From Planctomycetota bacterium (GTDB lineage Bacteria > Planctomycetota > B15-G4 > SIAN01), in the NCBI GenBank assembly GCA_031409275.1, contig JANNXA010000029.1:1-41604 (forward strand): a stretch of 41,604 nucleotides of DNA, in the 5' to 3' direction. The notes under the pieces are model-generated. The model saw only the letters and a program-made list of their open reading frames with translations. It was not told where the DNA came from and ran no database searches. Positions 27,585-37,002 of the stretch are shown piece by piece. Every line of letters starts with the position of its first letter. The first letter of the stretch is position 1. The position numbers and the translations under genes are program-made.

Positions 27585-30530
27585 ATGGCAGCGGTCAAGG
27601 ACAGGCAGGTCTGGTACTTCGGCGGCGGCAAGGCCGACGGCGATGGCACGATGAAAGACGTGCTCGGCGGCAAGGGCGCCGGTCTCGCCGAAATGGATCG
27701 GATCGGTCTGCCGGTCCCCGCCGGCTTCACCATCTCGACCGGTGTCTGCTCCTACGTCACCGCCAATCGCGGCAAGTACCCGGCAGGGCTCGACGCGCTA
27801 GTCGCGCAGGCGTTGAAGCGCACCGAGCGCGAGATGGGCGCGAAGTTCGGCGACCGGAAGAACCCGCTGCTCGTCAGCGTGCGATCCGGGGCCAAGATCT
27901 CGATGCCCGGGATGATGGACACGGTCCTGAACCTCGGCCTGAACGACGTCACGGTCGAAGGGCTCGCGGCACAGAGCGGCAACCCGCGCTTCGCTTGGGA
28001 CTGCTACCGCCGCTTCGTGCAGATGTTCGGCGACGTGGTGCTCGGGTTGAAGCCGGAGAACTCGCAGGAGCGCGATCCGTTCGAGATCCTGCTCGAGGCG
28101 AAGAAGCATGAACGCGGCGTGCAGCTCGACTCCGAGCTCGCCGTCGAGGACCTGAAGGCGCTCGTCGCCACCTTCAAGAGCGAGATCAAGACGCGCACCG
28201 GCAAGAGCTTTCCCGAGGACCCGGTGAAGCAGCTGTGGGCCGCGATCGGCGCCGTCTTCCGCTCGTCCAACACCGAGCGCGCGATCATCTACCGCCGCTT
28301 GAACCGCATCCCGAGCGACCTTGGGACCGCGGTGAACGTCTGCTCGATGGTCTACGGGAACATGGGCGAGGACTCGGGCACCGGCGTCGCGTTCACGCGC
28401 GATCCGTCGAACGGCAATCCGGAGTTCTACGGCGAGTACCTGCTGAACGCGCAGGGCGAGGACGTCGTCGCTGGAACGCGCACGCCGGCCCCGATCGCCG
28501 AGCTCGCGCGCCAGATGCCGAAGGTCTACGCCCAGCTCGATCGCGTGCGCAAGATCCTCGAGAAGCGCTACCGCGACATGCAGGACATCGAGTTCACGAT
28601 CCAGCGCGGACGGCTGTGGATGCTGCAGACGCGCACGGGCAAGCGCACCGGCTTCGCGGCCGTGCGCATCGCCGTGGACATGGTCAACGAGAAGCTCATC
28701 ACCGATCAGGACGCGCTGCTGCGCATCGACCCCGAGTCGTTGAACCAGCTGCTGCGACCGGTCTTCGACGGCGACCAGAAGCAGGCCGCGCTCGACGGCG
28801 GCCGGCTGCTCGGCAAGGGGCTGCCCGCCGGGCCGGGCGCCGCCTGTGGTCGCGTCACCTTCTCCGCCGAGGATGCGCTGGCTCGCAAGCGCGCCGGCGA
28901 AGAGGTGATCCTGGTGCGCATCGAGACCTCGCCCGAGGACATCGAGGGGATGAACGCGGCGCTGGGAATCCTGACGTCGCGCGGCGGCATGACGTCGCAC
29001 GCCGCGCTGGTCGGACGCCAGATGGGCAAGGTGTGCGTGGTCGGCTGCGGCGAACTCGCCATCGACTACGCCGCCGGGACGCTCGCGGCGCGCGGCCATG
29101 TGCTGAAGGCCGGCGACTTCCTGTCGATCGACGGCAACACCGGTGAAGTGATCGCCGGCCCGGTCTCCACCAAGCCGAGCGAAGTGCATCGCGTCGTCAT
29201 CGAGAAGTCGATGCCGGCTGCCGAGTCCCCGACCTACGAGTCCTACGCCAAGCTGCTCGGGTGGGCGGACAAGCACCGACGACTGCGCGTGCGCGCCAAC
29301 GCCGATCAAGGCGACCAGTGCGACAACGCGGTGGCATTCGGCGCGGAGGGCGTCGGCCTCTGCCGCACGGAGCACATGTTCTTCGGCGCCGGCAAGATCG
29401 AGCACGTGCAGCAGATGATCCTCGCCGCCACCGCCGAGGAGCGGAAGGCGGCGCTGGCCAAGCTGCTGCCGATCCAGCGCACCGACTTCTTCGCCATCTT
29501 CAAGGCGATGGCGGGACGACCGGTCACGGTGCGCACGCTCGACCCGCCGCTCCACGAGTTCCTGCCGCATACGGAGAAGGATCAGCAGGAGCTCGGGACG
29601 ACGCTTGGCGTCGACTGGCAGAAGATCGCCGCCAAGGTCGAGGAGCTGCACGAGTTCAATCCGATGCTGGGCTTCCGCGGTTGCCGGCTCGGCATCGTCT
29701 ACCCCGAGATCACCGAGATGCAGGCGCGCGCCATCTTCGAAGCGGCCTGCGAAGCGAAGGCCGCCGGCATCGCCGTCAACCCGGAAGTGATGATCCCGTT
29801 GGTCGGCACGCTGAAGGAGTTCCGGCTCCAGGCGGCCGTCGTGCGGCGCGTGGCCGAAGCGGTCATGTCGGAGCGCGGCGTCAAGTTCAGCTACCTCGTC
29901 GGCACCATGATCGAGGTGCCGCGCGCGGCGTTGACGGCCGGCGAGATCGCGAGCGAGGCGGAGTTCTTCAGCTACGGGACCAACGACCTGACGCAGACGG
30001 CGATGGGCCTCTCGCGCGACGACTCTGCGCGCTTCCTCGAGCCCTACTTGCGCCAGGAGATCTACGCCTTCGATCCGTTCCAGAGCCTTGACGTGAAGGG
30101 CGTCGGGCAGCTGGTCGCGATGGCGACGGCGAGCGGCCGCGCAGTGAAGCCGAAACTGAAAGTCGGCATCTGCGGCGAGCACGGCGGCGACCCGGCGTCG
30201 ATCCAGTTCTTCCATGAAACCGGACTCGACTACGTGAGCTGTTCGCCATTCCGCCTGCCGATCGCGCGGGTCGCGGCGGCGCAGGCGGCGTTGCGGGAGA
30301 AGGTGGCGGCCGCCGCCGCGGCGAAGGCGCCCAAGGCAGCGAAAGCAGCGAAAGCAGCGAAAGCGGCGAAGGCAGCGAAGGCGCCGAAAGCTGTGAGAGC
30401 AGCGAAAGCGGTGAAAGCACCGAAAGCCGTGAAAGCGCCGAAAGCGGTGCGCAAGGCGGCGAAGAAGGCGTTGCAGCGGACGGCCGCGAGGGCGCCGGCG
30501 AAGAAGAAGGCTGTGAAGGGCCGCCGCTGA
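27585..30530 (+). CDS. ppdK: Pyruvate phosphate dikinase with Ala/Lys-rich C-terminal extension (981 aa)
   Basis: LGGKGAGLAEM, SVRSGAKISMPGMMDT, GGMTSHAA (phospho-His and regulatory Thr), GLCRTEHMF, GICGEHGGDP. Confidence 0.97.
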   Translation: MAAVKDRQVWYFGGGKADGDGTMKDVLGGKGAGLAEMDRIGLPVPAGFTISTGVCSYVTANRGKYPAGLDALVAQALKRTEREMGAKFGDRKNPLLVSVRSGAKISMPGMMDTVLNLGLNDVTVEGLAAQSGNPRFAWDCYRRFVQMFGDVVLGLKPENSQERDPFEILLEAKKHERGVQLDSELAVEDLKALVATFKSEIKTRTGKSFPEDPVKQLWAAIGAVFRSSNTERAIIYRRLNRIPSDLGTAVNVCSMVYGNMGEDSGTGVAFTRDPSNGNPEFYGEYLLNAQGEDVVAGTRTPAPIAELARQMPKVYAQLDRVRKILEKRYRDMQDIEFTIQRGRLWMLQTRTGKRTGFAAVRIAVDMVNEKLITDQDALLRIDPESLNQLLRPVFDGDQKQAALDGGRLLGKGLPAGPGAACGRVTFSAEDALARKRAGEEVILVRIETSPEDIEGMNAALGILTSRGGMTSHAALVGRQMGKVCVVGCGELAIDYAAGTLAARGHVLKAGDFLSIDGNTGEVIAGPVSTKPSEVHRVVIEKSMPAAESPTYESYAKLLGWADKHRRLRVRANADQGDQCDNAVAFGAEGVGLCRTEHMFFGAGKIEHVQQMILAATAEERKAALAKLLPIQRTDFFAIFKAMAGRPVTVRTLDPPLHEFLPHTEKDQQELGTTLGVDWQKIAAKVEELHEFNPMLGFRGCRLGIVYPEITEMQARAIFEAACEAKAAGIAVNPEVMIPLVGTLKEFRLQAAVVRRVAEAVMSERGVKFSYLVGTMIEVPRAALTAGEIASEAEFFSYGTNDLTQTAMGLSRDDSARFLEPYLRQEIYAFDPFQSLDVKGVGQLVAMATASGRAVKPKLKVGICGEHGGDPASIQFFHETGLDYVSCSPFRLPIARVAAAQAALREKVAAAAAAKAPKAAKAAKAAKAAKAAKAPKAVRAAKAVKAPKAVKAPKAVRKAAKKALQRTAARAPAKKKAVKGRR
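30318..30452 (+). repeat. 9-bp coding tandem repeat (GCAGCGAAA-like; A-[APV]-K units)
   Basis: About 14 degenerate units encoding AAKAPKAAKAAK...AVKAPK in the ppdK tail. Confidence 0.85.
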
Positions 30531-30572
30531 ACGCCGGCTGAGGGCCGGCGAGCGAAGCTCGCGGCCCACGCG

Positions 30573-30624
30573 GGGAGATGGAGCTGACGAAGCGGCGCTG
30601 CGCGCGCTTCGCAGCTCATCTCCC
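30573..30624. repeat. Imperfect hairpin resembling the L-box core of an integron attC site
   Basis: GGGAGAT[G]GAGCTG[A]CGAAGCG...CGCTTCGCAGCTCATCTCCC with two unpaired bases on one arm; no RYYYAAC/GTTRRRY ends. Confidence 0.4.
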
Positions 30625-30782
30625 AGCGGGAAGAGACAAGTGGCGCGGCGGGGCGAAAGACTCGAACGGCGAGAGAAGAGAGCAGAAGCACAAGGCCGAG
30701 AGACGAGTGCGGGAGCCGGTTGCGCGAGCGGCCGGCTTCCGTCGTTTCGGCGCGGATGCTCTGCGGCGCGAGGCGGCGGCGA

Positions 30783-31676
30783 TCAGCGGTGGCCGATCGG
30801 GGACGGGCCGATCCAGCGTTCGTCGGCGGGTTCGTCGGCGCGCTGCCAGCGAGCATCGAGCGTGGCGCGGATGCGATCGGAAGTGTTGTCGAGCGATGCG
30901 TGCATGAGGAACGCGGAGAAGACCAACACGTCGCCCGCGCGATAGTCGGTCGAGAGCCAGCGGCGCTTGAACTCACGCTGCACGCCGCGCGGATTGCTGC
31001 TGTACTTGCCTTCGCGTACCAGCTTCCAATGGCGCAATCGCACGCGATTCCAGAGCCGGTCGCGATCGACGTCGAGCTGCCAGTAGCGCTCGCGCAGTTG
31101 TTCCAACTGATGCGACCGCTCCAGTACCATCAACGCCCCCGAGCGGCGCGGCACGTCGCTGAGCGCGACCCATGCCGTGCACAAGCGCTGCGTTCCGCGC
31201 CCCATGTAGACGATGTCGCAGTGGGGTGTCGTCGAGTGGCCCGGCGGGACCATCCGCACCCATACGTGGTCGAGCATGCGGACCGCGCCTTCGAGCAGTT
31301 GCTCGAACAAAGCCACCAGAGGCGGCGAACGGAGCAGCTCGCGCACTTCCGGAAGATCTCCGAGCGCCGGCAGGACGCGCTTGTCGGCGAGTCGACCGTT
31401 CGGGCGCGCCTCCTCGATCGGCGTCTCCGGCGCAACGAACCCCAATCGTTGCAATTCCGCCAGCACCGCACGCCGCGCTGCGGTCGCGGCAGCGGTCGGC
31501 AGCAGCGAGCGCGAAAGCAGGTAGCCGTCGGCGGCGAACCGCTCGCGCAAAGCGGCCGGCGACAGCGGTCGGGACGGCAGCGATTCAAGCTCGCCCCATT
31601 CCGCATGGCCGCTTCGCAGCTCGATCCCGTTCGCCGTCCACGGCGCCATCGCGAAGTCATCGCCCAGCGCATTCAT
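30783..31676 (-). CDS. PhyH-family Fe(II)/2-oxoglutarate dioxygenase (297 aa)
   Basis: FAADGYL, HCD (HxD), TAWVALSD, GDVLVF...MHAS, R; ATGA overlap with the upstream glycosyltransferase. Confidence 0.88.
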   Translation of the reverse strand: MNALGDDFAMAPWTANGIELRSGHAEWGELESLPSRPLSPAALRERFAADGYLLSRSLLPTAAATAARRAVLAELQRLGFVAPETPIEEARPNGRLADKRVLPALGDLPEVRELLRSPPLVALFEQLLEGAVRMLDHVWVRMVPPGHSTTPHCDIVYMGRGTQRLCTAWVALSDVPRRSGALMVLERSHQLEQLRERYWQLDVDRDRLWNRVRLRHWKLVREGKYSSNPRGVQREFKRRWLSTDYRAGDVLVFSAFLMHASLDNTSDRIRATLDARWQRADEPADERWIGPSPIGHR

Positions 31677-32980
31677 CGCACGCCTCCCGCGGCGGCGCGC
31701 GCCGACTCCTGGCGCCCGAGCGTCTCCTCGTAGATGCGCAGCACCTCCTGGGCGTTGCGCGTCCATGGGTAGCGGGTCGTGACCAGCTCGCGGCCGCGCC
31801 GACCCATTCGCTGCGCGAACTCTGGATCGTCTTCGAGTCGCTCGATCGCGGCCGCCAGTTCCAACACGTCGCCCGGCGCGACCAGCATCGCCTCGCGCTC
31901 GTGGCCGACGATCTCGGCGCCGCCGGCGGAGCGCGTGAAGATCGACGGCAACCCGGCAGCGAGCGCCTCGAACAAGACGGTCGGACACCCCTCGGAGCGC
32001 GATGGCAACACGAACGCGTCCGCGAAGCGCATCCAGGTGGCGACTTCGTCGGGTGCAACTTCACCGACGCGCACGACGGAGGCATCAAGGCGGTGCTGCG
32101 CCACCTGCCGAGCCAGCGAGCTTCCGAGCTGGTCGCGACCGACGAGGAACAGCTTGAAACGTCCTGGCGCGCGACCCGCGACCCGCGCGAAGGCGTCGAT
32201 CAGCTCGGGGACTCCCTTGCGCTGGCAGAGGTAGCCGACGAAGAGCACATTGAACGTGCCGTGATGCCGCGCCTTCAGCAGGTTGACGCGCTCATCCCGC
32301 TTCACGTCGTCCGCGGCCGAAGCGAAGAGCGCGGGGTCGACGCCGTTGCGGATCACGCGCGACTTCGCGTCGAGCTCCGGTCCCGCAAGGTCGCGCGCGC
32401 GCTTGCGGCCATCCTCGCTGACGAAGATCGCCCGATCGCAGGCGAGCAGCGCCGCGCGCACGCGCCGGCGCGCACGCCCTCCCCACTCCGGCGAATCGAC
32501 GATGCAGGTGCGGTGAATGGTGTGGACCACGCGAACGCCGGGCAGGTGTTCATCGCGCAGTCGGTTGGCCGCATCGCCGACCGGATAGGTCGCATGGGCG
32601 TGGATGAGTTGAAACGGCCACTCGCGATGGAGCTTCGTGAGAGAACTCTGGAGCGGACTCAACAGCCATTCGCTCACCTGCCCGTGCAGGAGGTGGCGCG
32701 GCAGCGTCAGGTAACGCGGATGGTCGACGACGACGCCGTCGCGCAGCTCCGACGTCGGCGCGCGATGCCAGTCGCGATAGCGCCGGTTGAGCCAACGCAC
32801 CGGCGCCGGGGTGAGCGGCAGCGGATGGACGACGCGCACCTCCGCGCCGAGCGCCCGCAGCGCTCGAACCTGGTAGTAGACGAACGCCCCCTCGCCGGGT
32901 GCCGCTTCGCGCGGATACCACAGGGTGAGCATGACGATCCGCAGGCCCGAACCCCTCGGGCGCTTCCGTGCAGCTTCCAT
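31673..32980 (-). CDS. GT4 family glycosyltransferase
   Basis: IHAH, VIRNGVD, LFVGYLCQRKG, FVLPSRSEGCPTVLFEALAAGLP. Confidence 0.9.
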   Translation of the reverse strand: MEAARKRPRGSGLRIVMLTLWYPREAAPGEGAFVYYQVRALRALGAEVRVVHPLPLTPAPVRWLNRRYRDWHRAPTSELRDGVVVDHPRYLTLPRHLLHGQVSEWLLSPLQSSLTKLHREWPFQLIHAHATYPVGDAANRLRDEHLPGVRVVHTIHRTCIVDSPEWGGRARRRVRAALLACDRAIFVSEDGRKRARDLAGPELDAKSRVIRNGVDPALFASAADDVKRDERVNLLKARHHGTFNVLFVGYLCQRKGVPELIDAFARVAGRAPGRFKLFLVGRDQLGSSLARQVAQHRLDASVVRVGEVAPDEVATWMRFADAFVLPSRSEGCPTVLFEALAAGLPSIFTRSAGGAEIVGHEREAMLVAPGDVLELAAAIERLEDDPEFAQRMGRRGRELVTTRYPWTRNAQEVLRIYEETLGRQESARAAAGGVR

Positions 32981-33201
32981 CAGCCGATCTCCGGGCAGCG
33001 AGCGACACTATAGCCCGCTCGCTGGACTCTGCCCGTGACGAGGCGACGGTAGGCGGCTCCGAACGAGAGCTCCCGGCGCGACTTCGACGCGGCGCGATGT
33101 CCCGACGTCGTGAAGCACGTCGGAAGGAGTCGATCGACCCAGCCGCAGCAGGGTTTCGTGGATCCGGCGGGCCGGCGTCCCGGACGCCGGAAAGTCTGTC
33201 G

Positions 33202-35022
33202 CTACGGCACCGTCACGCTCTTCGCCAGCGCGCGCGGACGGTCGATGTCACGGCCGAGCGCCCGCGCGGTGTAGTAGGCGAGGTACTGGCCGGCGACGAT
33301 CTGCAGGAACGCGTCGGTGAGTTCACCCACACCAGGTGTCGTGATGCAGGCGTCGACGTGAGCGCGCTCGGCGGTCGAAAGCGCGCCAACGGCCAGCAGC
33401 GGTCCGCCGCGGCTGCGCACTTCTTCGAGTGCGTAGAGCGTCATGGCGCGCAGCTCGCCGGTGGAGGTCGGCGGCACGAAGATCACCGTGCCCATCTCGC
33501 CATCGATCAGTGAAATGGTGCCGTGCTTCAGGAAGCCGGCGGCCATCCCTTCGGCGTGGCGATAGGTCACTTCCTTGAACTTGAGCGCGCCTTCCTGCGC
33601 GATCGAGGCGAACAGGCCGCGACCGAGGAAGAACCACTTCTCGAGGCCGAGGAAACGGGCCGCCGCCTCCTGGCAATCGTGCTCGATCCGCGGTCGCCAC
33701 TCGTCCATGACGGCGGGCAGCCCGTTCAGCTCCTTGACCAGCGCGGCGTGGCGCGCGGCGTCGAGCTGGCCCGACAACCGCCCCGCCTCCAGTGCGAGAC
33801 GCGCGACGACCACGGCCTGCGAGAGCGCGCTCTTCGTGGCCAGCACGGCGATCTCGGGACCGGCCCCTTGCAGCAGCGCCTGATCGCACTCGCGCGCCAT
33901 CGACGAACCGGCGACGTTCACCACGCCCAGCGTCGCACCGCCGGCGGCCTTGGCGCCGCGCAGCGCGCGCAGCGTGTCGTAGGTCTCGCCCGATTGCGAG
34001 ACGCCGAGCACCAGGTCGCCCGGCTCGAAGAAGACGGAACTGGGCAACTCGTCGGCGGTGACCGCGGGGCAGAAGCGCCGCGCCCATTGCGCCACGAGCT
34101 GGTGGCCGAAGATCGCCATGTGGAAGGCGGTCCCCATGCCGGTGAAGAAGACGCGCTTCGCCGCGAGGAGCTTCTGCGCGCCGCGCGTCACGGCATCGGG
34201 ATCGCTGTGCAGCGCGACGCGCACGGCAAGCGACGCCTCGGCCATCTCCTTCAGCATGAAATGGGGATAGGGGCCGCGTTCGGGCACCTCGAAGTCGCCC
34301 TCGAGCTTCTTGCGCGCGCGCGTGACCGGCGCGCCGGTGGCGATCTTGAACGCGGTGGCGCCGTCGCTGGTCACCTCGACCAGTTCGCCATCGTCGAGGT
34401 AGAGGACATCGGGGCAGGAGTCGGCGAGCGCGAGCGGATCGGAGGCGATGACGGTGCGATCGGCGCCGAAGCCGACGACCAGCGGGCTCTCCTTGCGCAG
34501 CGCGAAGAGGCGGCCCGGATGGGCCGACATCACGACGGCGAACGCGTAGGTTCCCTCGACCTCGAGCGCGGAGGCGCGCACCGCTTCGCGCGGAGCCACC
34601 CCTTTCTTCAGCTTCTCTTCGATCAGGTGGGCGAAGACCTCGCTGTCGGTCTCACTCTTCAACTTGTGGCCGCGCTGCTCGAGCGCGGCGCGCAGTTCGC
34701 GATAGTTCGACAGTACGCCGTTGTGGACGATCGCCACGTCGCCGTTGCAGGAGAGGTGCGGGTGGGCGTTCTTCTGGGTGACGCCGCCATGGGTGGCCCA
34801 GCGCGTGTGCGCGATGCCGGTCGACCCGTGCATGCCAGCGAAGGTCTTGCGGTCGACCAGCTGACTCGGACCCCCGACGTCCTTGGTGACGACAAGGCCG
34901 CTGCCGTTCTGCAGAGCGACGCCCGAGGAGTCGTAGCCGCGGTATTCGAGCCGCTGGATGCCGACCACGAGGTCGACCGCCATGTCCTTGCCAGTCGTGA
35001 CGATTCCGACGATTCCGCACAT
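33202..35022 (-). CDS. glmS: Glutamine--fructose-6-phosphate transaminase (606 aa)
   Basis: MCGIVG start, LEYRGYDSSG, HTRWATHG, NAHPH, SQSGET, LKFKEVTYRHAEG, LAKSVTV. Confidence 0.96.
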   Translation of the reverse strand: MCGIVGIVTTGKDMAVDLVVGIQRLEYRGYDSSGVALQNGSGLVVTKDVGGPSQLVDRKTFAGMHGSTGIAHTRWATHGGVTQKNAHPHLSCNGDVAIVHNGVLSNYRELRAALEQRGHKLKSETDSEVFAHLIEEKLKKGVAPREAVRASALEVEGTYAFAVVMSAHPGRLFALRKESPLVVGFGADRTVIASDPLALADSCPDVLYLDDGELVEVTSDGATAFKIATGAPVTRARKKLEGDFEVPERGPYPHFMLKEMAEASLAVRVALHSDPDAVTRGAQKLLAAKRVFFTGMGTAFHMAIFGHQLVAQWARRFCPAVTADELPSSVFFEPGDLVLGVSQSGETYDTLRALRGAKAAGGATLGVVNVAGSSMARECDQALLQGAGPEIAVLATKSALSQAVVVARLALEAGRLSGQLDAARHAALVKELNGLPAVMDEWRPRIEHDCQEAAARFLGLEKWFFLGRGLFASIAQEGALKFKEVTYRHAEGMAAGFLKHGTISLIDGEMGTVIFVPPTSTGELRAMTLYALEEVRSRGGPLLAVGALSTAERAHVDACITTPGVGELTDAFLQIVAGQYLAYYTARALGRDIDRPRALAKSVTVP

Positions 35023-35235
35023 GTGCCAGCGATTCTCCCGGCGTCCGCGACCGCGCAGCGGTGCGAACGCACGCCAAGGCACGAACGAAGCATGCGCTAC
35101 GGGCCCGTGTCGCCCGCGGCGCCGCGCCGCTCGTGTCTCGATTCCAATCCGTGTGCGGACGGCCGGAGAGTGGCAGTGCAGGACGCTGGCGCTCACGCGC
35201 CAGCACGACGGCGTCGCCGCCGCCAACCGGTCCAT

Positions 35236-35387
35236 CCGCCCTTTGTTCCGCGATTGCTCGCGGGCTTTGTGGCCGATGTCAGAGGCCCCGGTCAGGCCTC
35301 GGGAGCGATCCGCCGAGTGATTCGATGCGCTCCCACCTCGTCGCCCGCGGCCGCACGTCTCCGTGCCGCAACGGGCCAGGCGCTCAC
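35236..35387 (-). ncRNA. glmS ribozyme (GlcN6P-activated self-cleaving riboswitch)
   Basis: Minus strand reads AGCGCCTGG-P1-GACGAGGTGGGAGCGCATCGAATCACTCGGCGGATCGCTCCCG...ACAAA...ACAAA, about 210 nt upstream of the glmS ATG. Confidence 0.92.
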
Positions 35388-35658
35388 GTTCGTTCTGTCT
35401 CCGGTCACCGCATGAACCCTGTCGTTCGCCTTGCTCCTCGCTGCGCCGCGTCCGGGTCGCTTCCGGGGTCGACCGAGGGTCGCCACCCCTCTGCATAGCC
35501 CGGGTTCGCACCGGTTGGAAGCGCGGCGTCCAACGCCGCCTCCCGTCCGCCTCGCGCTCGGTGGCACTGCCGTTCGCCCTTTCGACCGCGCGGCGAGGAT
35601 GGCGTGACGCCGGGGCGGACTCCGGCTCCAGACGTTTGTTCCGAGCCTCGCGCGCGTC

Positions 35659-36840
35659 TCAGCGATCCTGGCGGTCGAGGGCGGCGAGCAGCGCGAGGAT
35701 CTCGTCGCCGTACTCCCGGACGCGGAAGGGAGACATCCCCGGCAGTTGCGCAAGCCGTTCGCGATCGAGCCGCTCTTCGCGCGCGATCGCGCGCAGCGTG
35801 CCGGTGGTGGCCACCCGCGACTCCTCGACGTCGCGCTGCTGTGCCCGCGCCCGCCGCCAGTCGCGCAACGCGTCGAAGCGACGCCGATCGCGATCGGTGA
35901 GCGGCGCCTCGCCCTCGATGCCGCGCGGACGACGGCGCTCGCGAACGTAATCGCCGGCCGCGAGGCCGCGCTCGACCGCGGCGAGCAGGTCATTCGCATC
36001 GCGTTCGATCTGCCAGCCAGCGACCGACGGCAACGAGGCGAGCTGCGATCGATCCTGCGGGCAGGCACGCGCGATGGCGACGAGCACATCGTCGCGGAAG
36101 ATGCGGTGCGGCGAGCGGTCGCGACGCGAGGCGATTCGGTCGCGCAGCGCGAAGAGCTCGCGAGCCACCTGCATCGAGCGCGGATCGAGGTCGAGAGCGC
36201 CCGGAGCGCGCTGCCACGCGTCAGGATCGAACTCCCGCTCCGACTGCTCGGCCGACGTCAGCTTGACGAAGTCCTCCTGCGCCTCTTCGAGGCGCCCCTT
36301 CGCCTGGAGCTCTGCGAGCAGCTGATCGCGGAGCGGCAACAGGAAGCGGGTGTCGCCGGCGGCGTAGTGCAGTTGCCCCTCGCTGAGCGGCCGTTTGCCC
36401 CAATCGGAGGTCTGATAGGCCTTCTTCTGCTCGACGTTGAATCGCTCGAGCAGCAGCGCGGCGAGGCCCGGGCGCCGCAGTCCGAGCACCTGCGCCGCGA
36501 GCATGGTGTCGAAAACATTGCTGAAGTCGAAGCGGTGCGTCTTCTTCAGCAGGCCCACGTCGTTGCTGCCCGCGTGCATGACCTTGAGCAGACTCGGATC
36601 GGCGCAGAGCTCGCCGAGGGGGGCGAGGTCGATGCCGGAGAGCGGATCGATCAGCCAGTCGCCCTGCCGCGTCGACAGCTGCAGGAGGCAGACCTTCACC
36701 CGGTAGACGTAGTACGAATCGGCCTCGGTGTCGATCGCCAACTCGCCCGCCGCCCGCCACACAGGAATCGCTTCAGACAGCGCGTCTTGATGGTCGATCC
36801 AAGTCACGCCAGGAGGCAGGTGGAAGGGCTGGGCACTCAT
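35659..36840 (-). CDS. rnd: Ribonuclease D (DEDDy exonuclease with two HRDC domains; 393 aa)
   Basis: AIDTEAD, CLLQLS, KVMHA, FDTMLAAQ, SDWGKRPLS...YAAGDT; LRDWRRARA HRDC. Confidence 0.88.
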   Translation of the reverse strand: MSAQPFHLPPGVTWIDHQDALSEAIPVWRAAGELAIDTEADSYYVYRVKVCLLQLSTRQGDWLIDPLSGIDLAPLGELCADPSLLKVMHAGSNDVGLLKKTHRFDFSNVFDTMLAAQVLGLRRPGLAALLLERFNVEQKKAYQTSDWGKRPLSEGQLHYAAGDTRFLLPLRDQLLAELQAKGRLEEAQEDFVKLTSAEQSEREFDPDAWQRAPGALDLDPRSMQVARELFALRDRIASRRDRSPHRIFRDDVLVAIARACPQDRSQLASLPSVAGWQIERDANDLLAAVERGLAAGDYVRERRRPRGIEGEAPLTDRDRRRFDALRDWRRARAQQRDVEESRVATTGTLRAIAREERLDRERLAQLPGMSPFRVREYGDEILALLAALDRQDR

Positions 36841-37002
36841 CGGGGGCGGGATTCTACGTCCGCCTTCGTGGGAACCGAGGGTCGCGTACGTCGACGGCGG
36901 TCGATGCATGCGAATGGTGGGGCCGCGTTCGCGCGGCCGGTGGAGGATCGCCTCGGTCCCGATCCTCAGGCGCATGGCGCCTGGGGACCACGGGAGGAAT
37001 TG

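Noticed and set aside
35110..35205. Second GTGAGCGCCAG...ATCGAGA..GCGG stretch suggesting a tandem glmS ribozyme
   Set aside because: Lacks GACGAGG and the core pairings; AGCGCCAG is explained by a simple GCTGGCGC-GTGA-GCGCCAGC hairpin.
35561..35577. TGGCAC-N5-TTCGC as a sigma54 promoter
   Set aside because: The -12 element is not TTGC and no plus-strand gene follows.
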